The translations under genes were made by a program, and so were the position numbers. The notes below the pieces were generated by a model that saw only the letters and a list, made by a program, of their open reading frames with translations, had not been told where the DNA came from and did not search any database. A stretch of 64,000 bases of DNA from Sphagnum compactum (lineage: Eukaryota). Below, one piece after another: positions 38,801 to 49,606 of the stretch; position 1 is the first letter of the stretch; every line of letters begins with the position of its first letter. The stretch spans positions 20,016,213-20,080,212 of the forward strand of contig OZ234493.1 of NCBI GenBank assembly GCA_965153455.1, in the 5' to 3' direction.

Positions 38801-41800
38801 GGTGGCAAGCTCAGAGATAGGATTTGCTATACATAACAAATGCACACAAATGTTGTCACAAAATCTCTTCACAAATTGAAATCACCAAGTTTGTGTAGAA
38901 AGGAAAGGATTGACCACTCCACATCCTAAAGCATGATCAAGTCTTCTTTTTACAGTGAGGGTGTTAATGATAGATATTCATTTAGGGTTAACATGAACAC
39001 GCCATACCCTTTCATACTCTTGGGTTGTGTCTGGAACTCTTAAGGGGAACTTCTATGTTTTCACATTTACTCATAATTGCAATATACAAAGCACAGTTTT
39101 GTTTATCACATTGTGTGTATTGGTAATCCATAACATCTTATTGGGTCACATACCCATTTGAAGCACTTGGGGTCTGCTTGCAAGGAGTTTCTTAAGGACT
39201 TTGAGAATGAGGATGATCGATCCAAAACCTATTGCAAGATTAGAAGACTTGAATGGAGAGTAACATTTGGTGTGTGTCCAATGGAGCTATGACCAAGGTC
39301 TGGTGGTAGTGGTACTAGAGCACTACAGACTGTCCTCAAACCAATGCAATTTCAACAGATGTTATGCCACTTGGACTTGAAGCCAAGAAGAATTTTGGGG
39401 TGCAAGTGACCCTCAAAGTATCTCACATTTTGGGCTGGATGCAATGGAGAAACTCAACAGAAATTGCAAATGCCCAACTTTTTCAGGCTGCAATTCAAAG
39501 AGGAGAAGATGTATATTTCTAGTACGTGTATCACTACTTGGAACTTGGAGAAAAGCTCTAGTTCTGCTACACCTGTGAGAATGAGGTGGGTATAGATAAA
39601 TGGGATGGCATTTTCTTGTTAGGAGAGCTGAAAGTATGTTGTTACTATCTGTATTATGTTACATCTGTGTTCATATATGAGAACTGGAATGATCCAAACA
39701 TCCCAAGATTTCACTGTGGATCACACAATTCAAATGCAAGCCTGCTGTGCTATCCTACCTTAAATTTGAATGCTGCGCCTTCCAGTTGGAATTACTGAAG
39801 ATGTCAAGGAGCTCATATTTGAAAATTTTCTACTTACCCAAGTTTCTTGGAAACAAATTTCAACTTTGTTTTTGGTGCTGCCATTTTGTCATTGCTTTCT
39901 ATCAATTTCAAAACTGGCAGGGGACTAAATGCAAGTTATGGGATTAGAATGACGACTTAAAAATATACTGAATTTTGTTTGTACAATAGTAAGACTTTCC
40001 TGGACATGGCCCAGGTGGAGCATGTGGTCATGCCATCAGCTTGGGTGAAGGAGTAGTGCAGGTGGGAATTTGTGTTGTGCAATTGAGCACAATGAGGTAT
40101 TGGAGAGTCAATAATGGATCAGAAAATTTGCACCACTAGGTTGACGTCATCCTTGGCTGCAAGCAACTTGAGGCTTTAATTGGTATGGCTGCCAAATACT
40201 ATTGGCCTTGTCCAGTATTTGCTGGAGAAATTTAGGTTTTTTGGGTAGGGTTTATTTGTTGTTGGACCCCAATATTTTAGTGTGAACAAAGTTCCAGCTT
40301 TTTCATGTTTGGGAGGGTTGTTGCCAAGGAACCATCTTGGAGTCCCATAAACATAACATTCTAAAATGTACTCATTGGTCACTGTAGGAATCCAAGATCA
40401 ACACACACAAATGAATGTCAAAACAAATTTGGTGTCAACCAATAACAAACTCAATAACCACACCTCCTATTCCTCTTTTGTGCTCTAGTTGTGCATGACA
40501 GTCCTTGTGCAACTTCTCAATTCTCAGATGCAAATCATGCATAATATTTCAACTGAAGATTGGATGTGGAAAAAGAGATGTGGAAAAAGTTGCTGTTTGC
40601 TGCAGCTGTCCTGTTCTAAATACATGTTACAAAAGTGGCACAAGGAATCAGTAACAGCATTGCTCCTTAGTAATGACTTGAAAGCTGCTGTGCAGTGGCA
40701 ACAGACAACGGGGGTCATGTGGTCTCATGGACATATCAGATGATGTCTTCAAGAACCCATCTGTACAACAAACTCAGGTACCCATATGCTTGTCATGAAT
40801 TTGACCAGCATACATGTAAAAGTGGACTTAGGGGATATCTGCATTTGTGTTGATAGCCTTCAGAAGTTGCAGCCATCGTAGATCTGTATTTTGTGAACTT
40901 GCACAAATTAGCCTAGAAACAAAGTATAATCTTGCATGTTTGAAGAAGGCACATCCTCTGTTCTTCTCTGTTACCAAATGAACATGAAATTCTCTATGCT
41001 AGTGTCCATGCTACTTAGCTGTAACTGCTGGTGGTTGAATCATAACTCAGGCTTGTTGCAGTTTGACAAATGTGCATCTTGTCAAATTTGTCTGATTGTT
41101 GATGCCCAGAATTAGAGACATTATCACTGTCAGCACTCTGGTTAAATCTTCTGTGCACACCTGCTGCTCCACCTGATCACCTTATATTGAAGAACCTTCA
41201 TGGGTAGCTCTCCACTGTACATGTGTGTATGTTATGTGTGTAGACAGCTAAACTCATCCGGTGTTGAAGAGACTGTTGACAGAGAACCTACTGCCAATGA
41301 CAGGGGCTGGTGACAGTGCCTACTTACTCCTACAAGTTTGTCAATTTGGACACGGCAGTCTAAAGCATACATTCTAGAACAGAATTCTCCAGCAGGGTGA
41401 GGGCATTGAAATTACCCACTTTCCTGCACTCAACCCTTCAAGGTCTTCTTCACCATTTTTCTGTAGAAATTTACACTCAGATCTGTCAAATTAGACACAC
41501 TATAGAATGGAATGCAGATCTATTGTTTAGATGAGGATTGTGCTACAGGTCCAGCTTGTATCCTGCTTTGCTCTTATTGTTGCTTCAGTATTCAAACACT
41601 TCTTTTGTCAATTTGTTACATTCTCATGGCAGTTGTTGTCACTTTGGCAGATGTTCTTGGCTGCAAATCAATTGGTTCCTTGTCGACCGATGATTTCAGT
41701 AACTGCAGTGATTCATGAGGCCTGATTTTGATGCTTTCCCATGTACACAGACCCAACAGGATCGAAGTGTCTTGACCCTGCATGAAAACTGAATTATCTA

Positions 41801-43680
41801 TTGGAGCCAAGTTATGAACTTGATGTGGTGTTTTCAGACAACTGTTGGTTCCTCACAATGTGTGTTCAAAATTGGCACACAAAAGCAGCACTTTGGCATT
41901 CGACCTTTCAGCTGTTGCAGTTCTTACAGGACAGACATGTGTGCTCAATTTTGTAGCCACTAGTATTGTCACAAGATGTGGTATCAAAGAACAAAGGTTG
42001 ACTCCTGATGGTCTGAAGCCCAGGAAGGTTCTTGCAAAGGCAATTTGGAGTCCAGTGTACATGTAGAAATGAGTACTAAGTCTAATACATATGTCCAATC
42101 TTTTTGTTGCTGAGGCCACCATGTACATGATACAGTGATGAGGACCCAAATGTCCAGACCAGAACTCAATACTTCAGGTTGCAAAGGTGAGTATTGTAAC
42201 AAGCGTGAAACTGTTGATAAGGGATAAACTCATCTTCTTTGATGTTAAAGTCTATACTTGAACATGAAGGATAAGTGTTAAACTATGCATCAAGAAGGTC
42301 ACACAAGTTCAGTGTTCAGGTTGTCTAATTTCAAACCAAATTTTAAGCTGATTAGAATCATGGTGGCATGGTGAAAAACCACCAAAGATATTTTTGAGGA
42401 CAAAGGGTGAAGTTTTGGGAACAGATGGAGATTTTCTTTAAGGTATGTGTTAATGATGTTAACGTGCATCAACTCCATATGACAAAACATTTCAAACATC
42501 TAAAATGTGTACTTGGATGTTCATAAACAATTTAGATTCAACCCTAACCTTGCAAAGAGTTATTAGTTAACAAGTAATGATATCGCGGTCTTAACATGGT
42601 AAACATTGTTGGGGTCAACAGAGAAGGAAAAAAACCTGAAAACACCAAGAACATTGAGTATCTTAACATTCAAGCATCGTGTGGGATGGTAACATATTCC
42701 AGAAGATAAGGGATCATATTACAACTTGAACAACATTTTAGCTCTGCAATCCACAACCAGGTTGACATGTCTAATTTCAAGCCCTGAAATCAACAACAAA
42801 CACATTGTGAATTGTCTTCTTACAGATGCAGGCAACAAGCTGCTGACAAACTTTTTTTGGTCTGTTGAACTCTCTCTGACCTTGGAACTAATAAGATGAA
42901 CAATGCAGACACAGACTTATTGCACACCAGCAGCAAAGATCTTAAATTCACAAGACTTTTGGTATTCAATGAATCAACAATATTGACTACCCAAGGCGAC
43001 ACTGCATTACAAAAACCAAGCTTTTCAGCTTTCATATTGCTAGCTCATACAATAATAGTTTCACACCATGTACATTTTAAGCTACTATTGCAAGTTCAAA
43101 GAGGGAATTAATTAAGCTGCAACCCCAACTGCATATCATTTTGGTCTGGATGCTCCAGAGGGGGAAGCTTGAAACACATCACCAGCTTAGGACTCTACAA
43201 AATGTACACAAACTATGAACAACAAAAGCTAGATGATCATCACCCAGCCATTGCAGAGGACATCAATGTTCATCATGACTCTTCTATTGAGCATTACTGT
43301 GTACTCAATTTGTTTTAGCGGCTGGACACTATTTACTTGTCTGGTACGCAGCAGCTTGACATGATCTACAACCCTTTTGTGTTCACTAGATTTGAGTCTT
43401 GGTAAGAAATTGCTCCTCTACCCAAGCAGCTGGCTGGCTACTGAGCCACACTACTCAGGCTATGAAATAAACTCAGGATTCATGGTGAAATGCAAGTCTG
43501 TGCAAGCAGATCTGCAAAGATTACAACATTGGACCTAGTATGATGCCCCAAACTTAGGCAATGATTTGGTGGGCCTAGACTAAAAAGGGGATTGTGGTGT
43601 TGTTGGGCTCTTGAATTGAGCTGAAAACTAAGTCCTGGCGGTTTGCAGAGCTCTATAGTACTTGCTTGACTGCATCCACA

Positions 43681-46244
43681 TTAAGCTTGCACAAGATGGT
43701 ACTGTTCGGGTCTTTCAGCACCCTTGGGATGATGTTTGTAAGCATTGGAGAGGAATTCTTGGAAGGTAAACGCTCGGTAGATTCGAGGTTGTTGTGGCGT
43801 GATGATCTCTTCAGGTGCCATAATGGTTGCACTCAAAGGAGGGTTAAGGAAGCAGGCCATTGAGAGACGCTTGCTGGTACCATTCACAATTGCCCTGTGT
43901 AATACACTCTTGTATCTCCTGTTGCTCAAGATCTGCAAAGCAAAAGACAATAATTTTCCATGAGTCCAATAGAAATTCCAATAAGCAAAAAAGGAAGAAA
44001 ATTTCCTCCAAAGACAGAATCACCAAACTTTTTCAAGGACTTGGATCTCTCCTTCTACAAACAGTTCAACAACCAGCTTCTTTATAACTGTCAGAGATGG
44101 CCACACACTTTGTACTAGCTACTGTCACTGCTGCAGTGCTGCTGCATTCGGGTATAGCATGGACTTGGTCCCCTTGCAATATCTTCTTCCAACAGATCAT
44201 GTCAGAAACTTGCACATGTGACTGCAAGTTACTAAGGTTCCTGCTGCAAAATGTGCTGAATCTTTTGACTGTGATCTTACAATCAGTGAATCTTGTGAAG
44301 ATTGCTCAAACAAGAATCCCCATACATATATTCTGCTGCTGCAGCTATTGTTTAAAATAATTGTCAGTCCTTAAAACAAAACTTCTTGTACAGTGAAGAA
44401 GAAGAAGAACAAGAACAAGAACAAGATTATGATGAAGAGTGGGGCTTCATGCATGCAAGTGCTGATCACTCTTAGCATACACTCACTCACTCTTGGCCCT
44501 ATTGCAAAGTTCAAAACCAGACTGTTGACTTGGCATGATGATGATAATGATGATAGAGAATGTGAATAATGAATCTACTGACAAAGTGTTTTGACTTTTA
44601 GTACACGTAGCAGGGGACAGAGAATAAGAGCGCATAGAGTCCTGTCCTGGCAGGATTTGATGTGATATTCCAGGCCACATGCAGGCAGGCTAGGCAGGGC
44701 CCACTGCAACTAGCTGGTACCGGCCTAGTTTCAGCTGGTAACCATCAGGGTTTATCTTGATAGAGGTGGAAAGAGAATGAAAGCTGATTCAATATCTAGA
44801 TGCATTGAGCGTCTGGACTATCAAAAGCTGTTTTAGATGCTCTGCTGCATCTCATCATCACTCCAGTGTGAATCACAAACAGAACAAGCTGAGGCCAAAC
44901 TAGCTTAGCTACTGTAACATCTCGGGAATACGTCATATTCTGTTGCAGCTTTGCAGCCCTGCTGGATAAACTTCTCGGTTCTTTGGTTCGTTGGCTGGTT
45001 GCTGCATACTTTGGATTCATGCAAGTCGACCCGGAGAATCATTACTGGACCAGTATCTACATGTACATACAACTCACCATTGCCAGCAAAAACTTGTGTG
45101 GAGAAGGTCTAGCATTTGTAGCAAGAATGTACAAAATTATTGGGAAGTCTGCACATGACTAGAGTACTACTGTATGTGTGCGTGCGTGTGTACCTGGAAG
45201 AGGTCACCAACGTTCACGACGAAGCACTCGGGTCGAGGTTTGACGGTGACCCACTGCTCGTTGATGAATACTTGTAAGCCGACCACATTGTCCTGGTGAA
45301 GAATGGTGAGGAGATGAGGGTCGGTGTGAGCGCGAAGCCCAATTGCGAGCTCGGGCTCAGGACACGGAGGATACAAGTTCAAGCGCATGGACACCATAGC
45401 TGATTCTTCGAAGTAGTGGTTCAGTCGCGTTGGCGGCAAGCCCAGACCTTCCGCAAGAAGCTCAGTGAGCTGCCGTGCTAGCTTCTCCACTTCGCCCATG
45501 TACTCTTCCAATGTCTCACTGCACACACAACACACGCCACCATGCATCTACCGTTCATTATGATATTCTAGAGCTACTCAATCTTCCAGCATCTGCTAAT
45601 CTAGATCCAATAGGGACGAGATCTCATGCAAAACTTGAGGCTATGTCCACCAGCTTGCAGTCTGAAGAAAACATCATGCAATACCTGAAATCCTCCTGCT
45701 CAGAGTCAAAGAGTTTGGAGGCGTATTCGGCGATGTTGGAGTAAGGATGTAGCTGTAAACTGAAGCTCTCTGCCCAGTGTCTCACAGTCTGATCAACCCA
45801 TGTGTTAGCTCCGTAACCGAACTTCTCGCCCGGGGCTCGATGTGCTCTTTCCTTCGCTTCAAGCGGACGCTCGAAGAGACGGTGCGCTTGCGCCTGGCAT
45901 CTCGCAATCAGTTTGAGGTCTACTCCATGGTTTGCCACTTGCAGAAATCCCCATTTCTCGCAAGCTTCGGCCATGGCACACACCACTGACTGTCTGTCGG
46001 TCTCCCCACCCGTCCGCAGCTTCGAGAGGTCGATGACAGGAACGTCGAGAAGCTCTGAACTCTGTGCGCATACAGACGCCCTGTCGTCTTCCACTTCCAC
46101 GAACATCTCTGGCAGCTTCATTGAACCTTGTAGGATAGCTGAAATCAATACGGCGTTGGTCAGTGAACCTGAGCTCGCTGCCAACATGGCTGCTAGATCT
46201 GAGGTAGCTGGAAGTCTCGTAGACGGTATCTGTTGCATACCCAT
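43681..46244 (-). CDS. 2-oxoglutarate/Fe(II)-dependent dioxygenase (DOXC, gibberellin-oxidase-like), about 378 aa, 3 exons
   Basis: Exons 46244-45685, 45518-45194 and 43932-43681 total 1137 nt, all GT-AG and phase-consistent. DIOX_N motif VPVIDL...ACEKWGFLQVANHGV; LNLYPPCP; iron ligands HTD and H in SVLHRAIVN; RLS 2OG-binding motif. The start could alternatively be M at 46238 or further downstream. Confidence 0.93.
44395..44424 (+). repeat. (GAA)n/(GAACAA)n microsatellite in dioxygenase intron 2
   Basis: gaagaagaagaagaacaagaacaagaacaaga. Confidence 0.85.
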
Positions 46245-47639
46245 GATGGCTGCCACAAATCCCAGCGGCTTGGAATTCAACAAAACGAAAAAAAACACTA
46301 GAAGATTCTTGAACGAAGCCCGCAGCTGCGCACTTGGGGTCGAGAGTTTGAAAGCTAATGATCAACGATTCTGAAGAGTCCAATCCAGCTCGCACATTTC
46401 AGCTGCCAGAAGATTATCAGAATATTTTCGAGAACGGAGCTTGCAAGGTACTAGAACTTGGAAGTTTGACGGGGTCTTTACGATATTCAAGGTTGTTGTG
46501 ACGAACTGCAACCACATGTCTCGCTTCTTCGAGTTGCAGGAATGCTCAAAGCTCTCGACGTCTTGCACGCGGAGTCTAACTTCAACTATTGGCGGAGAAC
46601 TAAAGCTTTTTATACAATAGACATCAACTTTTCAACAACTTCGTACAAGTGCGCAGCGGAACAGACTGGCTGACTAGGCAAGAACAAGAAGAACTGAACA
46701 AGCTTGCTATGAAAGATTTCGGACGTCGACAAGTGCATTGACAATGAAGAAGCTGTAGAGGACTAGACGTTTACAACAACATTCACAAGTTGTGAGATCT
46801 TCACAGCTCAACATGTATATATTTTTGGAATCGAGAATCGGCAGCTTGCGGCTCGACAAAGCAACATTCAACTCAAAACAATACTAGGCACACGCAACGA
46901 CAAACTTTGAGTGAACGCGTAACCCAAGCTAGATTGGTCGAGATCGAGGAGTCGGGCTACTGCAGCTGGGAGGACGGACAAGCGAGAACAGGATCAACGA
47001 CTAGCTGGCTGGAACAACACTATGAAGCCATGCATCCAAAATGGACGAGAGGAAGTGGCCGGGACGTTGTATCCAGATCAGTTCGGAACATCAAACACAT
47101 GAAGAACAGGCAGCTCTTGAATATAAGCGGGTGGTGATCACTACAAACTCAGGGCTCCAGCAGATACCGTAGTCTAACTGGACGTCGAGACGCAGATCAA
47201 CATGAACTAGCTGGACAACTGCTGGACATTAAGAAATGCTCCAATTCGAAGCAAGCCTGCAACACTGACTAGAAATTATTTACACTTTAGTATCCGAGTT
47301 TTATAAAAGCTGGACTGAAGAACAAACCCCCAAGCAAGCAAACAAGCAAGCAAGCAGTTGCTCCAACACGTCACAAATATGCCAATTTCAAACGGCTCAA
47401 AGGACGTTACGTGGATCAGCTGAACTAGCTAGTAACTTGCAGCAGTACCCCTGAAACCAAGAAATTAAGAACTAGCTGTGGATCAACAACACTAACGAGT
47501 GAAAGACCAAGAACATGTATACCAACCCTTGAACCCAAGCAGCAGATGGAGTGCGGACACGAGGAGAGAAGAATATGCAGTCTAGAGAGACACTGATGAG
47601 GATGAGTGAGGTGCAAGGCAAATGAAGAAGAAGAGGAAC

Positions 47640-47785
47640 GTGTGTGTGAGAGAGAGAGAGAGCGAGAGAGAGAGAGAGCTGCAGCAGCAAGTGCGGAAGG
47701 GTAAGCGGAGTAGCAGGGAAGGCAGTGGGCGTGGGATGGGATGTTGTTGGACAGAGAAAAGGGCGAGCAGGCAGGGTCTTTTATA
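47640..47785 (-). promoter_or_regulatory. Putative core promoter and CT-rich leader of the dioxygenase gene
   Basis: TATAAAA on the minus strand (47785-47779), followed by a (CT)n/(CA)n tract (47678-47640). Candidate leader intron from about 47522 (GTATAC) to acceptor TGGCAG at 46250, 5 nt before the ATG. Confidence 0.55.
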
Positions 47786-49237
47786 TTTAGCTCAGCAGCG
47801 GCAGGAGCCGAGAAGAAGCATCTGGTGGCAAACCAAAATTGGGCAGACAACGCCGGGGACGCTTCTTTCCTGGTACCCGCCATTCCGGGAGTGTCTATAG
47901 GCAGCAGCCACTAGCTTCTGCCAGACAGTCTCCTCTCTCAGTCCGTCAGTCAGTCAGTCAGTCGCAGTCACTAGGTCCACTGCATCTCATCTTCACCCAG
48001 CTATTTGGCCCACTGTTGTACGTTCCCTTCGCTTGTACCCACCTACGTAGACCTACGTCTACCCACAACCAACAACTGTTCATACACCCATACAAACACA
48101 TACATACATACATACATATATACTGGCTTTAAACTGTCGTGCAGTACTGATGAAAACACTGAAGCTAGCTTTTAACGAACCTCTCTCATTGCTAGCTCAA
48201 TAGTTTTTGGGTCCAAGTACAAATTATTTTTGGAGCAAAAAACTGGTATACTAATTAAGTGTTTTCAACACCTACATTAGTTACTTAATTGGGTAACTAA
48301 CTAGAGCACATTGAGATCACACATACATATCTGCTTGCATGAGATTGCACCTGGTGAAACTCAGTTAAAATCCAGGGATTAAAATCTAGGAATTTTACAT
48401 TTTACCTCCTGCAAGAAGTACCCACATATGTACCCAGGTCAATAATTTTTTTGTTGCATTGAGACTTTAAACAACTCTGAGTGGAACAAGTATGATGAGT
48501 GTTACCCAGGTTAATTTAACCCAGTCCCTAGCTTGATGAGTTCAATGATAATTGTGGTAATTATGGATTAACTAGCAAATACAATGAGTGTTAACTTACC
48601 CATATTAGGTTTAGCCCGTAACTGGCTTGATGAGATCAAGGATATTTGTTGTAATGGAGAAGGAATTACTAGCCCCCGTGTTTCAAATGGACTCTTTTGT
48701 CTCTGTTTTTGGCAGTAATGACCATATCATCTTATTACTTACACAGAGAGACAGTGACATTGTGGTTGGTTGTGGGTTCCGAAATAATTGTACCAGAGAC
48801 CAATTCCAACAATTCCCCTGGGTTCTTGTGATTTCCAAAAATAACAGCCTAGCTGAGAGTACAAAATGGCAGTCTCTGTGATGAATGCACTTCACCCTTT
48901 TGAAACACAGTGATTAGAATTTTTCAGAGTAGTTAGATTTATTTTTTCGTTCTAGACTCCTTTCCTGGTGTTGTGAGCACAACTGAAACCAACCATCTTA
49001 CTTGTAATCTAGACTTGGTTTTTTTAGAATAAATGTTTTATAAAAAAAGTGGGTTTTTTGTCAGCTGCTCGGTGGTTAAAAGAAGCATGATAAGCATTAA
49101 AGAAAAAAGCACAGCACAGGGTTCCTCATATTCCTTGAGGGGCTTTTCTTCCCTCCTCCTGCCAAAACAACAACAAAATCTGCAGTCTTGCTTTGTTGGG
49201 GAACTCAAAATTTGCCAACCCCCCCAACTGGAGGGCA

Positions 49238-49606
49238 TTAAATCAGCAATGGGTCCTTATTGCAGAGAGTACAGAAGTGCAGACTGTCTGCTTCTTTTTT
49301 CCCTGACTGCCCAATTGCCCAATCAAGATGTGTCTGGTGCTGACCTGGTGCTGACCAGACACATCTTGGTGCTGCCCACACACAAAATTTGCATCTTATT
49401 ATAAACACTTTGGGCATGTAATGTACACCAGGAGGCATATTATGCCTCTTAGAGTCTACTACACACCCAATGTGTGCACAAGGGGACCTCTATTTTTGTC
49501 AGGGCATCAACCATCCTTTTTTCAAAATGATGGATTGAGCCAAGGGCACAAAAGAAAAAAAAAGAAGTAACAGGAAGTACAAAATAAGGACCCATTGCTG
49601 ATTTAA
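49238..49606. repeat. Perfect 24-bp inverted repeat pair enclosing 321 bp (probable MITE)
   Basis: TTAAATCAGCAATGGGTCCTTATT (49238-49261) and AATAAGGACCCATTGCTGATTTAA (49583-49606). Confidence 0.85.

Larger units (their letters stand above)
31900..38960 (+). mobile_element. Degenerate Ty1/copia pol (integrase-RT-RNase H) fragmented by nested insertions
   Basis: Colinear pieces: CEGCVVGKQ and HLDKCGPMQIKSLNG..Y...IDDYS (31960-32400); EHWKEALESKY (about 33915); LPPSQLVVNCKWILR and VAQGKTPGISY (35670-35940); MFQPKNF...VYRLFKTIYDLKQ (36047-36130); KQAIVDLSSIEIEY and LMCDNQSCIVLSK (38570-38810). A PPT-like AGTGAGGG and TG follow at about 38955-38963. Confidence 0.85.

Noticed and set aside
14057..46244. 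Functional gene cluster linking PLD, the At3g17950-like gene and the dioxygenase
   Set aside because: No shared pathway is evident, and about 24 kb of mostly TE-derived sequence separates PLD from the dioxygenase.
47425..47900. 152-aa and 92-aa ORFs
   Set aside because: They run through GA/CT microsatellites in the dioxygenase promoter and leader.
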